Position numbers and translations under genes: made by a program. 20,000 nt of DNA, from the NCBI RefSeq assembly GCF_024521635.1, contig NW_026250440.1, positions 178,950 through 198,949 on the forward strand, given 5' to 3'. The DNA is from Tricharina praecox. Its lineage: Eukaryota. Below the pieces are notes generated by a model. That model made no database searches, was not told the origin of the DNA, and saw nothing but the letters and a program-made list of their open reading frames with translations. Shown here in pieces: positions 1-10,903 of this stretch (position 1 is the stretch's first letter; the number at the start of each line of letters is the position of its first letter).

Positions 1-914
1 CCGGCACTACTATTATTCCGAAGGTCGTATGTTATATAGTACCTACCTACCTAGATCAATAGACTCTCGCTGCCACGGCGAACGTGTTCGAATATCTACT
101 TCCTACATAAATAGCTTCGCGCTTAACTCCGCGCAGCATGAGCAGCACAAGATCAGGCCGTGCCGATCTCACGACCATGGAGTACCGTACATATCCCAAC
201 CAACTCGTACGAAGCACGGGGTATAAAATCATCGTCAATCTTGCCGATTGGTGTTTGTCGAGGATAGCCGAGTTGAGTGAGAACTGATGAACTGGATTGG
301 CCCACGGGGGAGAGGGAATGGAATGGAATGTTCTTTATCCGGTTCGTAGTGTTCCAACGTACGAGTACTCTACATATAGGTAGTACAAGAACAACGGAGC
401 ATCACGTTGTAACTTATCTCCGGTCCTGTGGATGGAGTAGGTATGGACTCGGAGTCTTTTTCCACGGAGGAGCCTCTTCTTCTTCGACTTCACTACGAGA
501 AGCTACAGATTGGCATTGGGATTGACACGGGGTGGCCAGACCAACCGGTTCTCCACATCTTATCCGCCGAGAGAGACTGAGACATTGGCGGGCGGGCGAG
601 TGGAACGTACGAGATTTGAGGCGTGCAGACATGCGATTTTCGAGGCGTGCGGATCGCCTCCTGCTTTCCCCGTGTATAGTAAAGCTGTGTGCATGTGCCA
701 ATCACTCGAGCACTCGAACTCGCCCCACCATCACCACCAGCACCACCACCCGCATCGCCCCCCCTCCCCCAGTCCGCATCCGACACTGGCACTGACGAAT
801 CATCAGCGTCTCGCACATGTCTCTCCCCCCATCCTTCTTCCTCAGTGCACTGCGCACCTGCACGCACCACTGCACACTTCCCCACCCCCCGCCCCACCGG
901 GTGAATGTGCACAT

Positions 915-970
915 TCATCCAGCATCCATCCATCCATCCATCCATCCATCCACCATCCATCCATCCATCC
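915..970. repeat. (ATCC)n tetranucleotide microsatellite, slightly interrupted
   Basis: catccagcatccatccatccatccatccatccatccaccatccatccatccatcc read directly. It generates the spurious HPSI/MDGW ORFs. Confidence 0.95.
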
Positions 971-1417
971 TCTCAAGCTCCCAGGCTCTCAAGCTCTCAC
1001 ATGTCCTTCTCGCGCCACCTCGTACGTCGTCGTCGTTCCGGCGCTCCCCCGGACGCGTCGTACACCTTAAACCGCACACTACACGGTACTACCCGAAAAG
1101 TGCCGATGTGCAGATAGAGTATGCTCAGCATTGTGCGGTAGCTACTCTAGATAGAGTGGGGATATGGGTAGATATCACCCCGATAGCTCATACTTTGTAG
1201 CTGTAGGAGGTAGTGTGCTCGAGGGTGTGTGAGAGGGGGTGTGAGAGATCTAAAACAGCGACTGACACACTGACACCTTCCATACTATGATGCTATGTAT
1301 GGGGATATAGCCGAGTTATGAACCGAGGGTCCGGGGGCGCAAGCCCGCTTGGCTGGAGCTTGGCTGCAGTCCTACGGTGTGGGCGCCAATGGGATCGCAC
1401 GGTTTTTGAACGTGCAC

Positions 1418-1469
1418 GAGGATCTCACAATACCGAGGAGCAAGAGGATCTCACAATACCGAGGAGCAG
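1418..1469. repeat. 26-bp tandem duplication followed by GGAGCA/GGA-rich low-complexity sequence
   Basis: gaggatctcacaataccgaggagcaa (1418-1443) and gaggatctcacaataccgaggagcag (1444-1469), 25/26 identical. Confidence 0.95.
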
Positions 1470-1697
1470 GAGCGGGAGCAGGAGCAGGAGGAGTTGGAGG
1501 AGGAGGAATCATTCCTTCATTCGCGATGACAATAGTGTAGCATCGCACCCATCCACCCAGCTTGGGCGTAAATCTCCAAAAAGCCCAAAAACCATACAGA
1601 ACAAAACACGATTAGAAAAACAAGTAATACACGCTACAGATCGCGAACCCAAAAGAAAAGAAAAAAGCCAATCGTAACCACGTTATTTTACGCTACG

Positions 1698-2143
1698 TCA
1701 CGTCCTGGACCAAGCCCACTTGACGCTCTCTTCTGCCGCGCGCAGAGCCTCACGCTCGGCATCAGACTCGTAACCACGCCATTTGTCCATCGACTCCTGT
1801 TGCGAACGTTTTTTTAGCCATGTTCATCTTATATCCCCATATCGTAGTAATCGTAGAGTAAAGTAAAACATACCTTCTGTTCCTTCGAACTCGCGGTACT
1901 CTGCGCGGCCTCCACGGCGGCGGCAGCAGCGCCTTGTGATGTCGCCGCAGGAGTTGTAGCGACGGACATGGGCCGGGCGAGGAGTTTTGGGCCGGTGCAC
2001 AAGAGTTTTGGGCCAGTGCGGAGGAGCTTTGGGCCGGACGAGAGCGGGCGCGCCAGAAGTTTGGGGCCGGCGGCGGTGCGGAGGAGGCGCGGACCGCTGC
2101 AGAGAAGCTTGGGACCGGAAGTGCTGCGGAAGATGGACGACAT
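1698..2143 (-). CDS. Hypothetical 122-aa protein with six GP(K/R)LL repeats; exons 2143-1874 and 1796-1698
   Basis: Canonical phase-0 intron 1873-1797 (AAG|gtatgt ... gctaa ... aacag|GAG) joins the ORF to a second exon, ESMDKWRGYESDAEREALRAAEESVKWAWSRT*. Upstream are a TATATA element and a pyrimidine/CA-rich leader. Confidence 0.8.
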
Positions 2144-2301
2144 TTCTTGTGGGGTTTGGTGGGTGGGTTTTTTGGTGGAGGTGGGTGTGTGTGGGTTTGT
2201 GAGGTGGATTCGAGTGGGCAGTGTGTATGTGTGTGTGTGTGAGGAAGTAAACTGGAGTGGAACTGGAGATGGAAGATTCGATTGAGGGAGTGGAAAGGGG
2301 G

Positions 2302-2309
2302 ATATATAC
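2302..2309 (-). promoter_or_regulatory. Putative TATA box of the GPKLL-repeat gene
   Basis: GTATATAT on the minus strand about 160 bp upstream of ATG 2143, followed by a CT/CA-rich leader. Confidence 0.45.
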
Positions 2310-2815
2310 TCTACACACGCCCGAGATTTTTACATCACGCTATTATACGCTCACGCATATACGCGTCCTGTCGGGAGAGCAAGTTAGACGCAGAAGCAGA
2401 GGTCATAGCGATTGTTGAATTGTTGATGGCCACGGTGGCCGGCAACGGTGCCGCATTAGGCTAGGGATATCTAGGGGATGGAGGTGTGTTGAGGTTCGGA
2501 GATCGACCGCTAAACCATCTGCCGTATTGCTTTTGTGGGGTTGGTTTGAGCTGGGATCGATGCTGGTTGGCTGGCTTCCAAAGTTGGGGGCCGGGACTGG
2601 GGTCGGACGAATGATGGCCGGTGGGATGGGAGCGATGGCGGCGAACATGAGATCTCACTCATCTGGCATATCAGTCTTATCGGAGGACGGCGTTTCGGAA
2701 ACTGGAACCTGCCCAGCCAAAGGCCTTCCCTTTCGGAAAAAATATAATGCGATGGTTACGCTTCATTTCCAAAGGCATATGTAGAAAAGCCAAATTCATG
2801 TCTCTCCTCGGCTCG

Positions 2816-4293
2816 CTACATGCTCAAAAACCCGCGCTCAGTGAAGTTGCCGGCAGCCCCTTGCACCCGGTCCCACTCCAGCACGGCACCCAGCAACACC
2901 TGAGCTCCGAGAGCCCTGTTCGATCTGTCAGCATCTGTTCTCTTTCCCCGTACGTACGCGAACGGGGCACGGGGGGCGGGAAGACTCACCACTCCTCGGG
3001 ACCATTATCCTCCGGGACCATGACAACACCGGTCGGCACGCCTCTGCGCGCAGTATTGACAGCGTCCATTGGGCTTTCCACAAAATTCTCGACGACAGTA
3101 CCCTCGCCGAGCTCACCCACGCTGACTCCGGGACCCAACAGCCCCGTCTCGTGATCACCCAGCAAGCCACCGCCACTCACATCTTCCAAACTCTCCCTGA
3201 TGGCCGCGATACAGTGCTCATCAAACCTGAGTTCGGGCTCATCCATGACGACCTCAACCTTCTCAACAACGCCGCCCTCCTCAAACGCAATTTTCGCGAA
3301 CATCCTCAACGCCTCCTCCTGAATCTCATCCACATTCTTCCCCATAATATACAGCGAAAACTTCGCCTCCCTCGGCGTGCCCGCAAAGCCCGCATTCGCC
3401 GCCTCGAACACGCCGGTGCTCACCCTGCCATTAAGCATATTGCCCACCTCTCTCCCAGCGAGGACACACCTGCCGGCAGCAGCGAGCGCATCGCCTCCCT
3501 TGACAGACACCTCAATCCACCTCCACGCCTTCGCGCCAGTCCCGATCTCAATCTCGTCGATCCACTTCGTGGGGAGCGCCTCGAAGTACGCGCCGAGCTG
3601 CACGCTGGCGTCGAGCGAGCCCAGCCACCCGGACTCGCGCAGACACGCCTTCACCGTGCGCCGCCCCGCGTGGTCGCTGCCTACCTCGCGGATGCCCCAC
3701 GCCTCGTCGACGCCCACGTGGCCCGCCCATACGCCGCTGCCCAGGAGCGCCCGTGGAAATCGGCTCCCGCTGGAACATGACCAGCCGATCAGGGTTATTG
3801 GGTGCGTGGTCTCAACGGCGTAGTCCTGCAGCGTGCGGACTACTTCGAGCGCGGCGAGGAGCGGGAGCGGAGAGGAGTCGAGGGGCCCGCCGAGCGCGAT
3901 GGAGGGCGCCGACGGCCGCGGGGATGAGGCTAGAGGGAGGAAGAGAGAGCCGAGGTCATCGATTAGCGGGGTGACACCCAGCGTTGTGGTAAGGTAGTGG
4001 CGGAGGGAGGTTGTGGGCGGGAGAAGAGAGGTGCCCGTTGGCAGTGGATAGCTGCGAGGATCAGTGCTGCCCGGCGATCTGGAGGGGGGATTAGGCATGT
4101 ACGAGTGATTGAGGGGCTTCGCGACCGAGAGATTGGCCAGCTCCTCGACGGTGGACTGCAGGCGAGCGGCATTGATACGGATCTGTGGCGGCGAGCTCGA
4201 AGCCGAACTGTAGCGTCGGCTGTACGTGAGGGCGAGTCTTGTGGTACTCGAAGTCCGTGACGAAATGGATCGAAGAGCGCGGGTCACAAGCAT
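2816..4293 (-). CDS. M20-family amidohydrolase (beta-ureidopropionase/N-carbamoylase-like) homologue, 467 aa, predicted catalytically dead, with mitochondrial-type presequence; exons 4293-2990 and 2915-2816
   Basis: Collinear similarity to fungal beta-alanine synthase scaffold motifs (RINAARL, IDDLGSLF, LAALEVVRTL, GSRFPRALLGSGVWAG, GAYFE, AWRWIEVSVKG, DAL, FDEHCI, VPTGVVMVP). Intron 2989-2916 (TG|gtgagt...gctgac...aacag|G) restores the expected C-terminal helix WALGAQVLLGAVLEWD. The N-terminus is R/S/T-rich and free of acidic residues. Confidence 0.85.
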
Positions 4294-4764
4294 TTTTGAT
4301 CGGGTGAATGCCTAAAGTATAAAACTGGAGATAATGAAGCGAGTGTGGTTATCGTCCGTAGTGCAGAGTAGATGTCGAGGTTGTTTGTCGTGACGTCTCA
4401 GAAAGCGGGGAGCCGCAGATAGGTCGCATGCCCAGATAGCATGCCGCTGACATAGATACGGTGCCGATCACCAACTGGGGGGCCAAGTACAGCCCTATCG
4501 GGTAGAGCACATTCACTCCCTCTTCTTCGCGGATTTTCCGCTTCTCCTCACAATCAAAGCGAAGAGCAGACGACAATTTCGCTGATGAAGTCAAATGTAA
4601 ACCTGTATTGCAGTTGAGACGATACAATGCGGAAAGCCAAAGAAAATAGGGCATGACAAACACACGTCTCGAAAAAAAAAATGTACAGAACCCCAACGTA
4701 CCCCCCAAAAACACCCTATCTGCATTCTAGCAAACATCTCGGAACAGAATAACCCCCCACCTAT

Positions 4765-5604
4765 CTACCTCCTGTACCACATCCGGGTGATCTTGGTGTT
4801 CCTCATCTTCTTTTGCAACTGCAAGATACCATAGCACAGCGCCTCACTAGTGGGCGGGCAGCCAGGCACGTAGACGTCAACGGGCACGATACGATCGCAG
4901 CCTCGAGTGACCGAGTAACTGTAATGATAGTATCCACCTCCGTTGGCGCACGAACCCATGGAGACGACCCAGCGGGGCTCAGGCATCTGGTCATAGACTT
5001 GTCGCAGAGCAGGGGCCATCTTGTTGGTGAGCGTACCCGCGACGATCATGACATCGGACTGACGAGGCGAGGCACGGAAAATAATTCCCATGCGATCCTG
5101 GTCGTAGCGGGGCGTCGACAAGTGCATCATCTCGACGGCACAGCACGCGAGTCCGAAGGTCATGGGCCAAAGCGATCCTTGACGGGCCCAGTTCGCCATC
5201 GTATCGAGGGTGGTCCTGATATCACTCCGTTAGCCATCATCGCACTCGGGGTGTGGGGCGGCACCGCCGGTATCGCGGGTGATGGGTGACGTACAACGCA
5301 TAGTCGACCACGTTCTTGGGGCGCTCCTGCGACGGAAGCAGAACCTCACGACGCGCGGGACGGTCGGTGAGACCGGTCTCCTGTCCGACATGTGTGATGC
5401 CGCCGGCGGAGGCGAGCGCTGTAGGCTTCGAGGTGGAGATGGCTCGGATGGCGATGTTCCTGGATGGCAATGCCGCTACCTCAATGTCAGCGCTTGAACT
5501 GCGGGGGGGCGCGGGCGCGGACGCGGGGGCGACCGGAACATCGAAATTGGGGGACACAAACATCGCAGGGTCAGGGCGGTGGACGCGCGAGTAGTAGAAA
5601 GCAT
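4765..5604 (-). CDS. NDUFS7: NADH:ubiquinone oxidoreductase 20-kDa (PSST) subunit, 224 aa; exons 5604-5562, 5475-5295, 5215-4765
   Basis: Diagnostic motifs [44 protein letters not shown] and [11 protein letters not shown]. Two in-frame GT-AG introns with gctgac/gctaac branch sites. Mitochondrial presequence [15 protein letters not shown]. Confidence 0.98.
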
Positions 5605-6366
5605 CGTGTACCTGGTGTATCGAGCTGTTGAGTGGAGATGGCGGGGAAGCAGGCGCGGCCGGGGGAGTTTGGTTCTTGATAAAGTGTTAGTGGCGGTGAT
5701 GACAATTGCTGCAACACCAGTGGTGATAGCGCCAAGCCGCGCCACGGCCAATCGGGTTGTCGGCAACCGTGAAAATCAAAGCATAATCCAGCACTCCAGA
5801 ATTGCATCTGCTTAAGAACTGTGCTTTGCTCGCTCCAGCCTTTTCACGTGCACTCGGTTTTTTGCATGATTACAATCTCATATGACGACATGGTGGTCAC
5901 TGGCCACTGGTGAAGGGGTTTTTAGAGAGATACGAGCGGGTAACCCGGAACGCCACGATTGAAGGGATTGATGAGACAAGCTATGCTCTAGAGTCTGGAT
6001 TGAGGATCGTGAATGAGAATTAAGAATGTGGCTGTGGTTGCTTCTATTCGCGGATATGACTTCGAGTAGCGGCTGTTATTCTAGAAGGCGATAATTTGGT
6101 GCGTGGCGGTTGTGGCTTTTTGCCCCCTCAGTACCTAACTCGCCACCGGATCCGCTCGGGAAAGCTGAATCTAGAGTACAGCCGCAAGCAGCACAGATCT
6201 CAAGAAATCGGCATCGTGACTTGGTCTATTCGAGCGACATGTGAATTAAGCTCGCGAAACCCTATGTACACTACTACTTTACCGTCTGTTATGTACCGTA
6301 CCAGTTGCGATACATCACAGCAAGACACAAATCCACCCTTTCCGTCCCATTTTCCGCTTTCCGGCA

Positions 6367-7883
6367 TCACCAAAAGCCGCCGACCCAAGTGGTCGTCGCA
6401 AAAACCACAGCCCATGCCACTGGTACGAGCCGGCCAATATCCGGAGCACTGCTGGAACTCCTCCCGGCGCCGCTACGCTGAGCATCAGTGCCATTACCAC
6501 CCACACCCTCCCCTGCTTGAGGGGTTCCGTACCCATTCGCCATGCCCACTGGCGGGTGCCGCCTATCCGGGATGACAAGGCTTCCATTGTACGGAGTCAT
6601 GCCCTGCTTGTCGCGGACTTCATTCTTGATGCTCTGGGCCACCTCCCGCCCATTTACGACCAGGCTGATGTTGGGTAGCGGCTCGGGCGCCCACCGTGTC
6701 TTGTGGAAGGGACCCGGATACGAGTCGTTGAGATAGACGTTTGAGAGGTCGGGGTGTGGGAGAACGGTGTCGTTGGTCCGCGCTGCAACCAGGGAGAAGA
6801 CGTTTGCGCCGACATCGTAGCGACCGAGAGTGGAAAGGTTCCAGTTCGCGCACACAGTGGAAATCTCAGAGTAATGGTCTGCGGCAAAAGAGCGTAAGTT
6901 AGCCTTCCACATGACAGCTTTTCGAGAAGCAGGTGACCTGCAGCGCCGCACCATAATAGCTGTCGTCGATGGTCCCGTGCGATTCCTTCGGAACGGCTCC
7001 TCCCATGAGGATGGTGAACACACGGTTTTGCTTGGTGTACGAGTGGTTCTCGTCGAACGTAACCAGAATAAGTGTATTCTGCGCGGAAACGTCAGTACCG
7101 TCGCCATGAGATAGTCAACTTTTTCTTTTCTTTTTACCCACATTCATAAAGTACTCATTGTCCAATAAGGGCTCCAAGAAAGACCTCGTCCAGTTCCCGG
7201 CGAACGTGACCGAAGTATCATGGCCATTATTCCTCATGTCCGGAGTGAAAAAGACCCACTGGGGCAGTTTCCGGGCATCCAGATCATCATGGAAGAGTGT
7301 GTCATTCTTGATCAAACCCAGGCGCTTCTCATTCTTAGCCACGGAGTCGTAGCTGACCAGCCCACTATGTTTGCGCTTGTACTCGTTTGCCTTTGTTTGT
7401 GGGTTGTTGAACTCGTGTCCGGTGAAGCCCGTGTACGGCATGCCCTCCTGATACGAAGCCCAGCTTATTCCGGCGGGCTCGAGCAGATCCACGATCGTGG
7501 AGGTGTTGGAGGCGATGGAGATGTCGCCGTTGTGGTTGAGGCCGAAGTAGTCGCCACCCACTGCGGCGACATAATTTGGCTGCGAAGGATGCGTGAGCGC
7601 AAAGTAGTTGGTGAGTGTTATCCCGCGCTCGGCGAGCCATTTCAGATTTGCTGTGGGGAGAATCAGCGGTGAAGATATGTAGTTTGGGAACGGGCAACAA
7701 ACGGTCTCCCGCAGCCTTGGCATAATCAGTGTTTTCCAACCATATGGTGATGAAGCGATCGAACGCCTTGCCAGTGACGGAGCTGGTTGGTGAAAGTGAT
7801 GGGATTTCGGCGGCGTCTGCTGCTGCTGCAGTCGTCGCTGCCCAGAGAAAAGTTGCAGCGATAGAAGGTAGTAAGTGTAACAT
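6367..7883 (-). CDS. Secreted phosphoesterase-family acid phosphatase, 442 aa, probable GPI anchor; exons 7883-7703, 7650-7142, 7078-6952, 6878-6367
   Basis: Signal peptide MLHLLPSIAATFLWAATTAAA. Family motifs FDRFITIWLENTD, THPSQPNY, RKH, NNGHDT, LVTFDE and DHYSEISTV. Three canonical introns keep the frame. G/S-rich spacer plus hydrophobic C-terminus LVPVAWAVVFATTTWVGGFW. Confidence 0.93.
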
Positions 7884-8469
7884 GTTGGTTGATCTCTCTA
7901 CCTTTTGTCTCGGTAGCGACGGTGAAGAGATAACCTTAGAGTATAGTACTTTGAGGTTCGAAGCTCTCGGGCGAAGTAGGGGGTTGGACCTTAATAAGCG
8001 TTGGCGTCGTTGATCAGCTGCAAGGCCAATCGTACAGACAAGCCCCGCCATGTGCACATTATTGCTCCCCATCCATCTTGGGTTCTTCGGGGGCTGAAAC
8101 GACTTGTCACTTGAGACTGGAGTCGTCAGCTGGACCGGGGGGTCGGGCTATATCGATATCACTCCTACCGTTTCCAGCGGCACGGGTTGGTTTTGCCAGA
8201 AAAGCTTGTCTCATTTAACAGGGCGAAGCGAAAGCTTGTCTTCTTCGCATCGTTCGGACCAGAAGGACCCAACACACATCACCCCTGCATGAGTCGATCG
8301 TTGATGTCCTGATGAATTTCGGTCCCGCAACAAAAACCCGTGGCCTGGGTCACCTTCACGCGGGACACCGGCAATTCTTGCTGGCCAATGAATGAATTGG
8401 TAAATGGCATTTTCAGCTAACTACCTAATAGGTACATACCCAAATCGGTGGGACCGGAAAGGGGGAAGG

Positions 8470-9100
8470 CCTTAGGCATCAGGAAGGAGAGCTGCAAGTC
8501 GTGAGGCTGGACAACACCGCGAACAACAAACCGCCAGCAGAGGGAGATTACGCGTACGTGTCCTCGATCTGTAAGAGCGAACGGTGATGACCGCAACACC
8601 TGAAATAGATACCAGCCAGTGTGGAAATGAATGTTGTCTGCTGTTGGATAGCCGGAGATCCATCAACATGCCAGGGACTGCAGCGCTTTCTTGACGCCAG
8701 GCGGGTTTTGACTTCGCGATGCAAGAAGGCGAGATATTATTACCTTTCTAGGTATCTACACTGGATCCACAGCTCGTAACACAATGGTCCATGATCCACT
8801 TCCACAGGCACCTCAAGTGCAAAGGGAATGTAGCCAGGCGAGTGAGCAGAGAAAAGCGAAATGGACATCAAAACGAGCGACCACGCTCCACAGTCCTCGC
8901 CTTCCTTCGACGAACATACACAAGGGCCTGAAGAGTAGCGGCATGGACTTGCACTCGCGCCGGGAAGGATGAAGATACCTGTATCAGTAGTGTGATCGAC
9001 CAAATGCAGAAAGGCTGAAGCTCACGATACATGTGGATTGGAAAACTCTGCAACGCTAATCCAGGGGCCTGTGTCCAATGCCCATACAAAACAAGCAATT
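8470..9100 (-). pseudogene. Possible decayed membrane-transporter (amino-acid-permease-like) gene fragment
   Basis: Splice-like signals (actgatacag|, |gtaata...aacag|) flank fragments GIFILPG...GAWSLVLMSISLFSA...YLER and FPHWLVSISGVAVITV. There is no continuous ORF and the similarity is by eye only. Confidence 0.2.
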
Positions 9101-9723
9101 AAGCGAGTGATGAGTGGATTCCATGCTCGGTTTCAGTTGCCGGGAGTACACGTACACTGTGCGCTTCTGGAATGAAAATCATTTACGCTCAGTGAGCTGT
9201 GAGCAGCCATCGGGAGGGAAAGCACAGGAACTCCGAGTCCCACGGTCATCATCCGGGGGGCAAATACGGACTGGTCGCCATCTCATCCTTCTTCTTCTGC
9301 TCCGTGACTGAGCCTTGAGGTCGTCCTTGTTCATACTCCGCAGCGGAGGCTTTCCTCTCCACATAGCATCCCCAATACCTCCACCGTCTTGACCACATCA
9401 CATCAGAAGACTTCCTCTTAAGTTCTCCATATGCACGCCGTGCACCGTCTTGATCCCACGCCACACCTTTCGCACACGCCAGTTATTGCATCCTCCACCA
9501 CTAATACGGTATGCAGCACTCGTCACGCTGAGTCACGGGGGAGATACTCATTCACCGCCACGCACGCACGTTCGTCGAAACAAAACGGACTGATCAGTCG
9601 TGAGTCCGGCAACAACCAACGTATGCCATACTAGTACAGCACTGCTGTTCAAGAGAACGGTTTCCGGAGCGGATTATGTAACAGACAGCTTCGTTTTCAG
9701 AAGTCAAGTCGGGGGTTGATCGA

Positions 9724-9750
9724 CCCCCCCCCCCCCCCCCCCCCCCCCCC
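9724..9750. repeat. C27 homopolymer (G27 on the minus strand; G-quadruplex capable)
   Basis: 27 consecutive C read directly. Confidence 0.95.
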
Positions 9751-9933
9751 GAATCCCCGATACGTTGCGTGGGTGCGTGTATCCGCTTTGAATGCTGACC
9801 AGCAGGAAGACTACCTATGCCGTCGAGATCCGAGGAGCTCGATGCCACGACGGGCCCTACGGCCACCGATACCCTTGCGCCTGCCGATTCTATTGCGACC
9901 AGAGTGCGGTGGTGAAGGTTGGCGGTATGTAGT

Positions 9934-10170
9934 CAGTGTTCGACATAGTCCATTCCGTCCGTCCTGAGCCTCGGACTGGACAGGACTGCATCTTGGCAGT
10001 CTGTCTAGGAGCGGTGTTCGGACGGACTAGTCCAAAAAAATCGAGGGCAGGGCGGACTGCAGTCGACTATAGTCCGCACCCAGTTCACGAAATCCATGGA
10101 CTGGACGGACTACTTGTACGCAGTCCGTCCAGTTCAGACTGCAGTCCGGACCGGACTATGTCGAACACTG
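9934..10170 (+). mobile_element. Non-autonomous TIR element (MITE), hAT-like, copy 1, 237 bp
   Basis: Perfect 18-bp TIRs cagtgttcgacatagtcc / ggactatgtcgaacactg. Many internal GGAC(T/G) / (A/C)GTCC subrepeats and no transposase ORF. CAG-starting TIRs and an 8-bp target duplication fit hAT. Confidence 0.88.
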
Positions 10171-10689
10171 GCTGCATTTCCCCGCACCTGAGGATGAGGA
10201 TTCTTCGAGCCACGGAGCAAGGATGCGGATCGGGTAGTGGTAGATATAATACAACAACATCTCTAGTAGTTGCTAGGGATTTGTTACGGATTGTTTTGAA
10301 GACCGGTCACCAAAAGATAACTGCGCCCGGGTTTCAGAGGTGATGCTGCGCCCTTCCCAACAATACAGAACTGAAACAGCTTTTTGAATCTTGATGTTCT
10401 CGAGTCGTTGATTTCGATGCTGGGGTTGCGAACCTGTGCCTAAGTAGCAACATCGTCAGGTCCGTCTCTCCCGAGAAGCGTGCGAAATCTCTCCAGACTC
10501 CAGTGCACAGGTACGGCGGTAGAGTACCGCCGGTGGATCGCTTCATTGCCGCTCGAAGTTGCCATGGGAGTCGCCTGGTACCCCGCAATATATGATACAA
10601 CATATCCAAACTCCGAACCTCTTCTATATCACGGCCCAGTCAACTTACCTTCATAGTTCACCCAAGAGTTAGCACCAAATACATTATGT

Positions 10690-10903
10690 CAGTGTTCGAT
10701 ATAGTCCGGTCCGGACTGGACGGACTGCGTAAAAGTATTCCGTCCAGTCCATGGATTTCGCGGATTGGGTGCGGACTGCAATCCGTCCTGCCCTTGATAT
10801 TTTTTGGACTAGTCCGTCCAAACATCTCTCCCAGACGGACTGTCAAGATACAGTCCAGTCCGAGGCTCAGGACGGACGGACTGGACTATTATGTCGAACA
10901 CTG
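10690..10903 (-). mobile_element. Same MITE family, copy 2, 214 bp, inverted relative to copy 1
   Basis: TIRs cagtgttcgatatagtcc / ggactattatgtcgaacactg. The reverse complement aligns end to end with 9934-10170, with about 17 substitutions and about 5 indels by manual alignment. Confidence 0.88.

Noticed and set aside
1118..1194. tRNA-sized multi-stem fold (agtatg/catact, agcta/tagct, ggggatat/atatcacccc)
   Set aside because: No A/B-box or T-loop consensus, and the short stems are attainable by chance.
493..1200. Several overlapping His/Pro-rich or MDGW-repeat ORFs
   Set aside because: Explained by CAC/CCAT low-complexity DNA lacking stops; no domain or splice support.
2403..2784. Short ORFs between the amidohydrolase-like gene and the GPKLL gene
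   Set aside because: No motifs; most simply 3'UTR and promoter sequence.
3151..4260. Long plus-strand ORFs (209, 148 and 87 aa)
   Set aside because: Antisense shadows of the GC-rich minus-strand gene. The same applies to 4813-5289, 12045-12596 and 17755-18375.
9936..10343. 135-aa ORF starting in MITE copy 1 as a possible transposase
   Set aside because: Translation of TIR and subrepeat DNA with no hAT or DDE motifs.
9934..10903. GGACT/AGTCC short repeats as a CRISPR-like array
   Set aside because: Irregular 5-mers inside TIR elements with no constant repeat-spacer period, in a eukaryotic context.
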